The notes: a model not told the origin generated them from the sequence alone. A DNA stretch of 64,000 nucleotides from a virus (IMGVR_UViG_3300037486_000510:1-64000); one strand, 5' to 3'; shown: positions 7,245 through 16,944, numbered from the stretch's first letter. A program made the numbers and translations.

Positions 7245-8842
7245 TTTATTTTTGTGAGTGGCTTCATTAAATATTCTTCATTTAGAATTTCATCTAAATG
7301 ATATTTTAAAAATCCTTCTTTAAGATAGGGATGTATTTTTCTTAATGTATCAAAATCCTTATTATCTAAAGCCTTATCCACTTCTTTTTTAAGATCATAT
7401 TGATCCATTTTAGAATAATTTTTAGAAGATGTCTCTATTTCTGTTGTTTTTCCTAATAATTTTTCTTCATCTTCATTTTCTATCGCATCTTCTGCACCTT
7501 TAGCCATCATTCCAAAAAAATCTTTTTCATCTTCTCCTTTTAAAGATTTCATATGATCTCTAAATTGCAGTGTCAAAATACGTTTAAATGTAGGAGTTTC
7601 CATTAATTCATCTTCATATTTCAATATTTCTGGAAATTTTTTAGATAATCTTATTAACCACGGCATAACGTATGACGCTACTTCTTGTTTATTTTTTGCG
7701 ATTTCTTTAAGATATTCTTCAAGTTCTTTTAATGTAGGCGCAATTTTAAATTCTTTAAATGCATCATCAATAAAATCTTCATTTAATAAAGGCTTTATTA
7801 AATATTCTTCATTTAGAATTTCATCTAAATGACATTTTAAAAATCCTTCTTTAAGATATGGTTGTATTTTTCTTAATGTGTCAAAATCTCTTTTATCTAA
7901 TGCTGCATCAACTTCTTTTTTAAGATCATATTGGCTCATTTTAGTATAATCTGCAGGGCCTACTTTATTTTCTTTAGTTTTTCCTTTTCTTATTAATTTT
8001 TCAATTTCGTCTTCTTCCTCTTCTGGAAATGGGAGAGATATTTTAACTATATTTTCAAGAATTTCGTCTCTGTGATCATCTAAAAATATTCTTTCGATTG
8101 TATTATTTTTTTGAAAAATATCTATAAATTTATCTATATGAGCATTGATAAACTCTCTAAAAAATTCACTCAGTTCTTCTCGTGGAGCTTGTTGTTCAAA
8201 CATACGATCCATTTCAGTTTTAAAATAACGAAAATCTTGAGAATTTATCCATTTATCTGCATTATTTATAGCTATTTGCGCGATTTTTTTAACATCATAT
8301 TTTTTCTCTTCTTCATTTAATCTTTTCATAATATATTCATTATTTTTTGATTCAAAAATATAATCTACATCAATATTAAAATATGTTTTTAAAACATTTG
8401 ATATTTCACGTCTAATTCTTACTATAAAAGGTTTATCTCCATAATAATTTTCATCTTCGCATGCTCTGTAAAATGCTTCTTGAGGACTATATAAATTTTG
8501 TACATATCTAAAAAATTTATGTAATACTGATGATGGACCGTAGTTTTGTTTATCTCCAAAATATTTTACACCTATTGTATCTGCGTTTCCGCGTGTTTCT
8601 TCAAAAAATATTTTAGCAGCTTGTATTGGAGTCATTCCAATTCCCATATCTTTTATTGGATCAGAGTTTTCAATAAATTTTTCATGTAATTGTGATTTAT
8701 GAGGTATAATATTAGGACGAGGATTTTGTACAGGTCTCGGAGTAGGCCTTGGAATAGGTCTTGGAACGGGTCTTGGAACTGCTATTGGTCTTTTTTTACC
8801 ACAGCCGCAACCTTCAGCGATATATTCTTTAACTATTTTCAT
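7241..8842 (-). CDS. Leader-family protein with PRP-repeat linker and duplicated IDEAL/UVR-like domain
   Basis: Starts MKIVKEYIAE; internal LHEKFIENSDPIKDMGIG; two copies of QYDLKKEVDxALDxxDFDTLRKI...LDEILNEE. Confidence 0.65.
   Translation of the reverse strand: MKIVKEYIAEGCGCGKKRPIAVPRPVPRPIPRPTPRPVQNPRPNIIPHKSQLHEKFIENSDPIKDMGIGMTPIQAAKIFFEETRGNADTIGVKYFGDKQNYGPSSVLHKFFRYVQNLYSPQEAFYRACEDENYYGDKPFIVRIRREISNVLKTYFNIDVDYIFESKNNEYIMKRLNEEEKKYDVKKIAQIAINNADKWINSQDFRYFKTEMDRMFEQQAPREELSEFFREFINAHIDKFIDIFQKNNTIERIFLDDHRDEILENIVKISLPFPEEEEDEIEKLIRKGKTKENKVGPADYTKMSQYDLKKEVDAALDKRDFDTLRKIQPYLKEGFLKCHLDEILNEEYLIKPLLNEDFIDDAFKEFKIAPTLKELEEYLKEIAKNKQEVASYVMPWLIRLSKKFPEILKYEDELMETPTFKRILTLQFRDHMKSLKGEDEKDFFGMMAKGAEDAIENEDEEKLLGKTTEIETSSKNYSKMDQYDLKKEVDKALDNKDFDTLRKIHPYLKEGFLKYHLDEILNEEYLMKPLTKIK
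7260..7419. repeat. 160-bp intragenic direct repeat, copy B
   Basis: Aligns with 7791..7950 at offset 531 with scattered substitutions. Confidence 0.85.
7791..7950. repeat. 160-bp intragenic direct repeat, copy A
   Basis: Aligns with 7260..7419. Confidence 0.85.
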
Positions 8843-8890
8843 ATATTTTATATATTAAAATAGGAGATAGCGCAGTTGTAAATCTAATAT

Positions 8891-10426
8891 TTAAAATTTA
8901 ACTGAAAAAGCTTTAAATGGAAATCCTTTATCTTTATAAATACGTTCTCTTTCTCTGGCGTGGCGCATTAAATAGTTAATTCTTTGATATTTATGAGAGC
9001 CGTAAATAAAATTATCCTGAAAATCAATTACAGTCATTATCTCTTTTCCTTCTAGCAATCTCATACCACGACCTAAAGCTTGTCTTACAATATACTCTGA
9101 TTTTGAACTTTCTACTAAAAATATATTGTGACAGTTGTTTATAGAAATTCCTTCACTAAAAGTACCAATACTTGCAACAATAATGACTTCATTTTGTTCT
9201 TCCATTTGTTTTTTGAAATAATCTCTATGTTCTGCAGAAGTTCCGCCGTCAATATAATAAACAATCTTATCAGTATTTTCTTTTAACCAATTAAATAAAT
9301 TTCTGCCATATTCATTTTTTATATCTGAAAATAAAACTAGTGAATTTTTTGTAGTTTTAGCTATCGTTTCGCAAACATATACTAATCTTTTATGATTTTC
9401 TCGTATAATATCTTTTTCAAGATTAAGTAGTTTAACGCCATCTTTTTCATCTGCACTTACATTTCTGAGATCATATAATTTCTTTTTAATTTCTTGATCA
9501 AGATAATCCATTTCAATACCTACAATTCTTACTGGCGTAGCAAATTTTGAAGCAATTAAATCTGCAGATTTAACTACGTAAACACAAGGGCCTAAATATG
9601 ACTGAACTGTAAATGAATCTAAAGAACTCTCGGGCGGAAGAGTTCCTGTCATACCTATACTGTATTTTGAATTAAATGATTTAACGAGAATATTCTTAAT
9701 TGAAGAAGCACGAGCATGATGCGTTTCGTCTATAAAAACTGCGTCGAACTTCGAGAAGTAATCTAAGCCCTTCTTAGACAATGATTGGAATGTACCAAAT
9801 ATTATATTAGCTTTATCATCATCGTTCTTACCAGAGCCTCCGAATACACACTGTGACTTCCAGATTGGTTTTTTTCCGCAACTTTCTTCATATTCATAAA
9901 ATTCTTCTTCTGTTTGATTTACAAGACTTATGCTTGGAACTACATATAACATTCTGTTTATTTCTTTTTTTTCAAGTAAATAACGAAATAACATAAATGC
10001 CATAAGAGTTTTGCCTCCAGATGTTGAAATTTCTTCTGTACAAAACCTATATTTTAAAATGCGTGAAGTTCCTTCAATTTGATAATCTCTTGGTTGTTTT
10101 TCAGATTCTTCAAAATATGTATTTGTCCATTCAATAAAAACTGATTCATCATAATTTTTATCATATAAATATTCTATTCCATCTATTTCAAGAGTGAACA
10201 TATATTGTTTTGTAAGTTTTTGAACTTCACTCCATAATCCTATAGGAATGCGTCCATATCTATCTATGAATTTTGTTTCAAAACTTTTAGGCTGAGTAGA
10301 TTTTGCACGTATAGCTCCCCAATTCATCACTTTTTTTGTAAATGAATGTTCAAGTTGCTCATATTCTAATTGAGTAGATTCAACTATAACAAGAAACTTA
10401 CGACTATCATCAACCTTTAATTTCAA
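8891..10426 (-). CDS. uvsW: UvsW-like SF2 DNA helicase
   Basis: PRDYQ Q-motif, STSGGKT Walker A, DETHH, GMTGT, QALGRGMR; T4 UvsW architecture. Confidence 0.9.
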   Translation of the reverse strand: MKLKVDDSRKFLVIVESTQLEYEQLEHSFTKKVMNWGAIRAKSTQPKSFETKFIDRYGRIPIGLWSEVQKLTKQYMFTLEIDGIEYLYDKNYDESVFIEWTNTYFEESEKQPRDYQIEGTSRILKYRFCTEEISTSGGKTLMAFMLFRYLLEKKEINRMLYVVPSISLVNQTEEEFYEYEESCGKKPIWKSQCVFGGSGKNDDDKANIIFGTFQSLSKKGLDYFSKFDAVFIDETHHARASSIKNILVKSFNSKYSIGMTGTLPPESSLDSFTVQSYLGPCVYVVKSADLIASKFATPVRIVGIEMDYLDQEIKKKLYDLRNVSADEKDGVKLLNLEKDIIRENHKRLVYVCETIAKTTKNSLVLFSDIKNEYGRNLFNWLKENTDKIVYYIDGGTSAEHRDYFKKQMEEQNEVIIVASIGTFSEGISINNCHNIFLVESSKSEYIVRQALGRGMRLLEGKEIMTVIDFQDNFIYGSHKYQRINYLMRHARERERIYKDKGFPFKAFSVKF

Positions 10427-10824
10427 TTTATTATTATAACTGGTTTATTTAATTTTTTAGCTTTTTTTATAGTATCATTTGTTCCATTTGATATATGTTC
10501 TACTGGAATAAACGCCAGTAACAATTGGCATTCTTCAGCTATAAAACTATTACGTTCAAAATAATTTTTTACATTATACGGTTTTCCATACCATTCTTGT
10601 GGCATTCCACTATATTCATTCCATGCTTCATGGGCCGGATTAAATTCTATATATTTAAGTTTTTTATTTAAGGCAATTAATTTTCCAAGTCTATCAGCTC
10701 CTATAGCTCCACCGCTTATAATACAAATATCATTTCCGTATTTTTTTATGCATTCATTAATTACAGCTTCTACAGAAATTTTGTTATTATACTTTCGCGA
10801 GCCAACTACACCAATTTTTATCAT
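10423..10824 (-). CDS. SLOG-superfamily (DUF2493/YspA-like) protein
   Basis: KIGVVGSRKY, IISGGAIGAD, SNGT motifs. Confidence 0.7.
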   Translation of the reverse strand: MIKIGVVGSRKYNNKISVEAVINECIKKYGNDICIISGGAIGADRLGKLIALNKKLKYIEFNPAHEAWNEYSGMPQEWYGKPYNVKNYFERNSFIAEECQLLLAFIPVEHISNGTNDTIKKAKKLNKPVIIIN

Positions 10825-11111
10825 TTAAAATTTCTACAATATTTTTCGTATTCTTCAAGCCAAGTTTGATATTCACAAAGCAAACACGTTACATTTTCAT
10901 TAATACAATCTCCATAGTGCTTACCCATATCAGGAACAGGATCGTTAGATAATAAAATTTCATGTATATTTTCAATAACAACAATTACAATGTCTTTACT
11001 CCATTGAGCATTATCTTCTTTAGAAAGATAATCTGTAAGCCAATCAACAAAATTTTTCATATTATTTTCCTCTTGATATCTGTTCAATTTCCACACGTTT
11101 AGGAATAGCAA
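10821..11111 (-). CDS. Hypothetical protein (probable start 11060)
   Basis: Tiles in operon; C-x6-C-x2-C cluster. Confidence 0.5.
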   Translation of the reverse strand: MLFLNVWKLNRYQEENNMKNFVDWLTDYLSKEDNAQWSKDIVIVVIENIHEILLSNDPVPDMGKHYGDCINENVTCLLCEYQTWLEEYEKYCRNFK

Positions 11112-11532
11112 ATATAATATTATCTAATGTGCTGATTGTCTTATCCATATATTTAGAATGATTGTCTACAATTGCTCTTTTTTCAACCAAATCTTGTAAA
11201 TCTACTAATATTCTATTATGTTTTGTAGATTCGTTAGGATATCTTACCTGAACTTTATTTGTATAATAATCATATTTTTCAGCGTATGCTCTATTATACG
11301 TTTTATTCATTCCAATCATTAATGAAATAAGATAATGATAATATTCGACTGCTCTTTGTCTTTCTGTATATAAATAGGTCATAAGTTCGGGAATTTCAAA
11401 AATTTGTTTCATTTTTGCAGACATTTCTGCTATTTTTGCATCCCATTCTTTGCGTTCACGAGAAAATCTATTTTCTAAAGATTCTTCTAGTTTGGCGTCA
11501 GCATTTAAACTAAAAAGGTTCGTGGCTTCCAT
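11062..11532 (-). CDS. UvsY-like recombination mediator
   Basis: 156 aa helical protein with YAEKYDYY motif close to uvsW as in T4; positional plus weak sequence resemblance. Confidence 0.5.
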   Translation of the reverse strand: MEATNLFSLNADAKLEESLENRFSRERKEWDAKIAEMSAKMKQIFEIPELMTYLYTERQRAVEYYHYLISLMIGMNKTYNRAYAEKYDYYTNKVQVRYPNESTKHNRILVDLQDLVEKRAIVDNHSKYMDKTISTLDNIIFAIPKRVEIEQISRGK

Positions 11533-11816
11533 ATTTCAATATTTACTATTCTCAGTGATTCACATTTTGTAGGACGATAACGATCATATTGTATATTATC
11601 ATTTTCTAAAAAATTTCCTCTATTTAAGTCTATTTTAAGAATACTGTATTTTTCTGTTTCTAATGTAAGTTTAAGCTTTTTATTTATTAAACTTTCATAA
11701 CTGCTAAAATAATTAAAATGTTTCAACATCCTACATATTTGATTTTTTTCTACAGATGCGCTTTTTGCATGACTATCATGATTACATGTAGGTAATTCAA
11801 ATATTTCTTTTTCCAT
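11505..11816 (-). CDS. Hypothetical protein
   Basis: 103 aa ORF tiling in operon. Confidence 0.45.
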   Translation of the reverse strand: MEKEIFELPTCNHDSHAKSASVEKNQICRMLKHFNYFSSYESLINKKLKLTLETEKYSILKIDLNRGNFLENDNIQYDRYRPTKCESLRIVNIEIWKPRTFLV

Positions 11817-11817
11817 A

Positions 11818-12012
11818 TTATTTTTGAGTTTTATGTTTTTTATAAAATTCTATTAATTCAAAAATACATTTAGCTTCTCCCGTACTAGAAAATTTATGCT
11901 TTTCTTCTAAATACTCTACCATTTGATCAAGAGTAAGAGTATTCCAATCAAGAAAACCTATCGATAAGGTTTTTTTATTTTGCTCTATTTGTTCTTTAGT
12001 TAACTTTATCAT
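11818..12012 (-). CDS. Hypothetical protein
   Basis: 64 aa ORF tiling in operon. Confidence 0.55.
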   Translation of the reverse strand: MIKLTKEQIEQNKKTLSIGFLDWNTLTLDQMVEYLEEKHKFSSTGEAKCIFELIEFYKKHKTQK

Positions 12013-12014
12013 AA

Positions 12015-12146
12015 TTAAAATTTATAATATACTATAAATCCTGCACTACATACTTCTCTATTTGGTATAGTAAATTGGCATTCTGCAGGTGTTGTTAATA
12101 ATGTATAATTTACTGATATTGAATTAAAATAATTTAGTTGATACAT
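12015..12146 (-). CDS. Small hypothetical protein (43 aa, not in ORF track)
   Basis: Manual translation MYQLNYFNSISVNYTLLTTPAECQFTIPNREVCSAGFIVYYKF; stop lies 2 nt before the next ATG. Confidence 0.35.
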   Translation of the reverse strand: MYQLNYFNSISVNYTLLTTPAECQFTIPNREVCSAGFIVYYKF

Positions 12147-12233
12147 CAATTGTTTTCTTTTTATATTTTGTTATTATATGTTTGTGTTTTCTATGAGTTT
12201 TAAGCTTTATATCTATATTTAATTCTGGGAAAT

Positions 12234-12689
12234 CTAATTGTTCTTCAAATCTGTATCTAATTTCTGTTGTGAGTTTTTTGCGCATGTTGGTTTACGTTTA
12301 TTATATACATTTAAGGCATCTTTATAATAACTATTTATTGATTTAAGAATATATTTAAAAGTTTTATTAGAAAATAAGTATCCATATTTTTTTGCCACCT
12401 TTAATCCTTCTATCCATGCTTGATATTCTATTAGCATTTCATCGTTATTTACTAATTTTTCAAAGCTCTCTGGAATTAGTGTGTGGCCTACTTCATGAAA
12501 AAACGCAGCAAATTTTAAATCTTTATCATCATATATTCCTAATACAATATCTTCATTTTCAATTGCGTATGCATTATTTCTTAAATTTGTTTTTTCAATT
12601 TCATATTTTTTAGAAACTCTTTTAATATTTTTTTGTGTTACATTTACTACCTTCAAATTATAATCTTTAGCAATTTGTGTTGTTCTCAT
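12234..12689 (-). CDS. Zincin-like (HExxH) metallopeptidase-fold protein
   Basis: AAFFHEVGH followed by downstream EYQAW. Confidence 0.55.
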   Translation of the reverse strand: MRTTQIAKDYNLKVVNVTQKNIKRVSKKYEIEKTNLRNNAYAIENEDIVLGIYDDKDLKFAAFFHEVGHTLIPESFEKLVNNDEMLIEYQAWIEGLKVAKKYGYLFSNKTFKYILKSINSYYKDALNVYNKRKPTCAKNSQQKLDTDLKNN

Positions 12690-12722
12690 AAATATACCAT
12701 TATTTGATATATTTATTGGTTT

Positions 12723-13829
12723 TTAAATATCGATTATGTCTAATTCATTATTAGAAAAATATTTATTAAAGTTAGGAGTTCTTATATTTTTATCTCTCAA
12801 ATAAATAAGCACATCAGTAAGGTCCCATTTTTTTCTTGTGGGTAATTCAAGTTCTTTTTTTAACTTTGTCCAAAGAAAAACTTCTTCTCCCGCATTTATT
12901 TTTTCGATGCTTTTTTTTCTGCCATCTTTATCATCATCATACCAATAACGAAGTTGAATATCTAAAGGAAAAGCTTTATGTGCTCCTGCATTTGCCACAG
13001 AATTATTAAATAAATATGAATCAAATGGCCCTTCAAATAAAGTTATTGGTTTAGTATAATCTACTAAACAAATATTAAATAACTGTGATAATGTGCTTAT
13101 TTCATTAGGAATTTCTTTAGTATTTTTTTTCATTAATTCATAAATTCTTTCTAATGTTCCAGTAAGATATTTGTTTTCTCCTTTAAACGTTCTTTTTTGA
13201 ATTCCTAGAATTTTTCCCGAATGCGTTAAATTTAAAATAATAACATGATTTAATCTTGCATTATACATAAATTTGGAGGCGTTATATTGCATTCTGTTTG
13301 TTAACCATGGCCAAACAGGAGATTCTTTTGCTTCTATTAAATTAAAATATTGTAAGAACTCCTGTCGGTCGATGGCATAATTATCTACAGATTCCATGTC
13401 TAAGAAAAGCGACATATCATACTTAGTGTCAGCATGAGTACCAAAATCTGTTATTCCTTTTGCTATATAATTTATTATTTTTAAATCAATATCAATTTTA
13501 TAATCATGAAAAAATTGGTCTATTCTTTTAAATTCTCCACAATTATGGCATTTAAAAAAATTAGTGAATTTGCCTATTAAAATAAAATTGCCCCTTTTTT
13601 TATAATCATTATGCATGCTATCTCCGCAGGCGGGACACGCAAAATTTATTCTATCTTTATGAACTCTTATTTGTTGTTTTCCGTAATTTCCTGGAAATCT
13701 TTGTTCTAATATTTGTTTCAATAAAGATACAAGATGTTCTCTATATTCATTATCAGATAGAGTAGCATCAATAGATGAAAGAGAAGAGTCGAAACTCAAC
13801 TCTTTCATTTCATTGATGATTGGATACAT
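12723..13829 (-). CDS. DNA primase (T4 gp61-like)
   Basis: Zn finger FACPACGDS...FKCHNCG; TOPRIM LFEGPFDS and YDDDKDG. Confidence 0.85.
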   Translation of the reverse strand: MYPIINEMKELSFDSSLSSIDATLSDNEYREHLVSLLKQILEQRFPGNYGKQQIRVHKDRINFACPACGDSMHNDYKKRGNFILIGKFTNFFKCHNCGEFKRIDQFFHDYKIDIDLKIINYIAKGITDFGTHADTKYDMSLFLDMESVDNYAIDRQEFLQYFNLIEAKESPVWPWLTNRMQYNASKFMYNARLNHVIILNLTHSGKILGIQKRTFKGENKYLTGTLERIYELMKKNTKEIPNEISTLSQLFNICLVDYTKPITLFEGPFDSYLFNNSVANAGAHKAFPLDIQLRYWYDDDKDGRKKSIEKINAGEEVFLWTKLKKELELPTRKKWDLTDVLIYLRDKNIRTPNFNKYFSNNELDIIDI

Positions 13830-13830
13830 T

Positions 13831-14820
13831 TTAAATGCTGTTTAGTGCTTCATCTAAATCTCCATCAAGACCACCTAAATTACCTTTAGTTTCTATATCT
13901 GGAAGATTCAAATCAGGAAGAGAATCAAGATCACTAGAATTTATGTTTAAATCTTCAAGGGATAAATCTGTAGAAGTTATGCCCTTATTTTTACTTGATT
14001 CAGATGTTGCTGGTTTCTGTGGAGCGTTTCTTACAGTTGCATAAGTAGATGAAACTGATTCTCCTGTTACAGATGTGATTATTTGATTTACATAATCGTG
14101 TGTTTCTTGATCCCAATCTTTAAATGCATATTTACTAAGATCTGGACTATTTTCCTTTAAATAATTGAATACAGTTTCTCTTGGTGTTTTTGCATTAATT
14201 TTCATAAATTTACCATTATCGTCTAATATAAATAATGGTATTTTTGTATCAAGAAATTTTGATTGATCGTAGTTGTTAAATCCAGCAACTTTAGTTACTA
14301 CTACTGAAAAAGCCTTTCCGTCAAGCAAATCAAATGGTTCGTGTGGTTCACCTATGATAGGTTTCTTTTCAGCTTCGATTTTTTCAAAAATCTTTTTTCC
14401 AAATTTCCAAACCAATAATTTGCCAACAAGTTCTTTATTCTGGTCATCTTTTATAACCTGAATAATCGCACTAAATGAATGCCTTCTACTGAAAATTTCA
14501 GCTTTCTTTTGTTCTTGAACAGATTCACTTTTACGAAGTTTGAAAAACATGTCTTGAAGAGGAGAGGGTTTACCAACAGAAGATGGACAGTCAACGTAAC
14601 GTCCTCTATTTGTTAGCGGATCTACTAACCAGCATACCCATTTTTCAGAAATTGAATGTTGTGGGTCTTCCCACCATGCGATAAAACGTATAACAGATTG
14701 ATATACGCCATTTTTTCCTTTATCTGCTACTGGAGAATATTCTACAGTATTTTTTGGAGTTTGGTCTCCAATCTCTACGTTCGGATGAAATAGAGCATCT
14801 AAGTCATAATTGTTACTCAT
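13831..14820 (-). CDS. Single-stranded DNA-binding protein (T4 gp32-like)
   Basis: IRF, CPSSVGKPSP, VWKFGKKIFEKI, PFDLLDGKAF..VVTKVAGFNNYDQSKF core and acidic C-terminal tail. Confidence 0.85.
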   Translation of the reverse strand: MSNNYDLDALFHPNVEIGDQTPKNTVEYSPVADKGKNGVYQSVIRFIAWWEDPQHSISEKWVCWLVDPLTNRGRYVDCPSSVGKPSPLQDMFFKLRKSESVQEQKKAEIFSRRHSFSAIIQVIKDDQNKELVGKLLVWKFGKKIFEKIEAEKKPIIGEPHEPFDLLDGKAFSVVVTKVAGFNNYDQSKFLDTKIPLFILDDNGKFMKINAKTPRETVFNYLKENSPDLSKYAFKDWDQETHDYVNQIITSVTGESVSSTYATVRNAPQKPATSESSKNKGITSTDLSLEDLNINSSDLDSLPDLNLPDIETKGNLGGLDGDLDEALNSI

Positions 14821-14880
14821 AGTCTTTTAGAAATTTTAGTTAATTAGTAATTTAGTAATTTAGTCTTAAAGCGCTTTTAG
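14821..14880 (-). promoter_or_regulatory. Putative translational operator of the SSB gene
   Basis: CTAA units repeat at 8-9 nt period right up to the ATG. Confidence 0.5.
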
Positions 14881-14933
14881 AACCTTTTACTTGTATTATA
14901 TATTCATAAAAATGAATAAAGTTTTTATTCTTA

Positions 14934-14950
14934 TGTTAAAAAAATGTTAA
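14934..14950 (-). promoter_or_regulatory. TTAACA-N5-TTAACA direct-repeat box
   Basis: Exact 11-bp-period repeat upstream of the SSB gene; two further copies at 16353 and 16945. Confidence 0.45.
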
Positions 14951-14970
14951 TTTTTTAATATTGGAAATCA

Positions 14971-15201
14971 TTATAGAGTATACTCTTCTTCAACTCTTTG
15001 AAGTTGTTTTTGACGAAGTTTATCAATTTTTTCAAATTTTGAATTCAGTTTATATCTTCTGCTTCTTTTTATTTTATTTATTGCAAACTGTTCATCCTTT
15101 TTGTATTTAAGTATTGCATACCTAACTACTTTTACAGCTTCTATGACAATTAACGTTAAGCATAGAATGTCAATTCCGATTAATACATAAATAATATTCA
15201 T
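14971..15201 (-). CDS. Small membrane protein, possible holin/lysis accessory
   Basis: N-terminal transmembrane segment and basic tail; directly downstream of the amidase. Confidence 0.4.
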   Translation of the reverse strand: MNIIYVLIGIDILCLTLIVIEAVKVVRYAILKYKKDEQFAINKIKRSRRYKLNSKFEKIDKLRQKQLQRVEEEYTL

Positions 15202-15280
15202 TTTATTTCTTTATTTATATTATATATTTATAATCTAAATTTTATATAAAGTTTTCAATATAGATGTTTAATTATAGTTT

Positions 15281-15931
15281 TTAAGATATATTAGATAAGC
15301 ATTTAAGCATTTCTATAAGTTCTGGTTGAGGATGTGGATCAGATTTTTCCGGAAATGGACGAAAAGATATATGTCCCCAAACTCCCGGTTCTCCTTCTCG
15401 TGCTTTTTGTGATATTCCCCACATATCTTCATTATATGTTAAAGGAATATCATATCTCATTTTCCAATATAATAAAAGCTCTCCGATAGTTTGTATTTGA
15501 GGAAGAGTATATTTTTCATAATAATTGTATCCTCTAAAACCATTAGGATAATATTGTGATGGAACATATATTTCATGTCCATAATAAGTTCTAAATTTTC
15601 CATTACCAACTGGTATAAGCCAGCCCCAATTATCAATTTCTATTCCTATAGATTGTTTATCTAATTCTGCATTTCCTGCTCCTAAATGATATGCCCAATA
15701 TTTTGAAGAAAAAAGTTGCCAAGGTATTCCTGATCTATCCACAATTATGCATGTTGCTATTCTTTCGGGTGTTGCTTCCCAAGATTCTATATCTCCATTA
15801 ACTCCACTTCCTGATATAGTATGATGTAAAATAATCTGTTTTTTAGGATATTCTTCTTTAATGTATTGATTATTAGGAAAAGGTACTGTTTCTATTTTAC
15901 TTAAATCTATCGGCTTTAAATTTTCCCACAT
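15281..15931 (-). CDS. N-acetylmuramoyl-L-alanine amidase (Amidase_2-type endolysin)
   Basis: IILHHT, WAYHLG, SIGIEIDN, GH...KSDP zinc-amidase motifs. Confidence 0.85.
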   Translation of the reverse strand: MWENLKPIDLSKIETVPFPNNQYIKEEYPKKQIILHHTISGSGVNGDIESWEATPERIATCIIVDRSGIPWQLFSSKYWAYHLGAGNAELDKQSIGIEIDNWGWLIPVGNGKFRTYYGHEIYVPSQYYPNGFRGYNYYEKYTLPQIQTIGELLLYWKMRYDIPLTYNEDMWGISQKAREGEPGVWGHISFRPFPEKSDPHPQPELIEMLKCLSNIS

Positions 15932-15965
15932 ATTTTTTAATTTATTTTGTTTAGCATAGTTTAAT

Positions 15966-16292
15966 TTACATGCTTCTTGCCAATCTCATTATTTTATATC
16001 CATCTTCTGTAAATTCATATCCAGTTTCTGTTCTGCTTATAAATCCTAATTTCAAATATGTACATATAATATATGCAGCAGTTTCTTTAGTTTCTGCAAG
16101 ACAATCTTTTATTTCAGTGTCATTGAGTATTGGAGTTGTTCCGGTAGAAATCTTTTTATTTATTTTACCTCTTAGAGAACTAAATAACAATTCTCTTGTC
16201 ATGAATGGAAGTGTTAAATATGTATCAAAATCTCCATTTTTAACTCTTTGTCCAATTTTGTTTAAAAACACTTCATTATTTAAATTTTTCAT
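15966..16292 (-). CDS. Hypothetical protein
   Basis: 108 aa ORF with normal phage composition. Confidence 0.6.
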   Translation of the reverse strand: MKNLNNEVFLNKIGQRVKNGDFDTYLTLPFMTRELLFSSLRGKINKKISTGTTPILNDTEIKDCLAETKETAAYIICTYLKLGFISRTETGYEFTEDGYKIMRLARSM

Positions 16293-16352
16293 AGTTTATA
16301 ATTTTATTTATTTATTAAGTTATATATCTCAATTATAAACAAAGTAAATATT

Positions 16353-16369
16353 TTAACAAAATTTTAACA
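16353..16369 (+). promoter_or_regulatory. TTAACA-N5-TTAACA direct-repeat box
   Basis: Exact repeat in the divergent intergenic region, 11 nt before a late-promoter-like motif. Confidence 0.45.
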
Positions 16370-16380
16370 GAAATAATATT

Positions 16381-16396
16381 GAATATATAAAATAAA
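16381..16396 (+). promoter_or_regulatory. Late-promoter-like motif GAATATATAAAATAAA
   Basis: Exact copy 10 nt before the 16407 start. Confidence 0.65.
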
Positions 16397-16406
16397 TCTT
16401 TAATTA

Positions 16407-16883
16407 ATGAGAGCTCAATTGATTAATGAAAAATTTACTGATGAATCGGATCCTATATCTGATATGGGTATAGGCTTTGCAGGAATTAATGATTTTAAAA
16501 ATCGTCTTAAAGAAGTTGCAGAAATTCCTAATAAAGATCTTAAAAATATGAATTTTAGAGATAATTCTCAAAAAATTCTTGAATTACGAGAGATAACAGC
16601 ACAATTAGTTATGTTTTATTTTAGAGAAAAATATGGATTAAAATTTAAGCCAGAATCGGGAGCTAAATATGAGGGCTCTATGATAGGAGAAGCACGATTA
16701 GGAAATTTTATTTTTAAATTATGGTGGTCAACTACAATGCAAAGTATAAAATTAATGATATTATCTACAGGCCCACATGGACAATATAAAGAATCATCAA
16801 ATTGTCAATCTATGAAATCTCTTGAAGGAAATCTTATAAAGATCTGTAAAGAACTTAATATAAAATTGTTAAATCAAGAATAA
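16407..16883 (+). CDS. Leader-family hypothetical protein
   Basis: Begins MRAQLINEKFTDESDPISDMGIG. Confidence 0.7.
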   Translation: MRAQLINEKFTDESDPISDMGIGFAGINDFKNRLKEVAEIPNKDLKNMNFRDNSQKILELREITAQLVMFYFREKYGLKFKPESGAKYEGSMIGEARLGNFIFKLWWSTTMQSIKLMILSTGPHGQYKESSNCQSMKSLEGNLIKICKELNIKLLNQE

Positions 16884-16944
16884 TTAGAATTGATCAAAGA
16901 AGAGAAAAATCTAAAAATAATTAAAAATCATATTTAGAAAAAAA

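Noticed and set aside
8891-14820. Introns or inteins in helicase, primase or SSB
   Set aside because: The ORFs are of expected length and uninterrupted, with no intein splice motifs.
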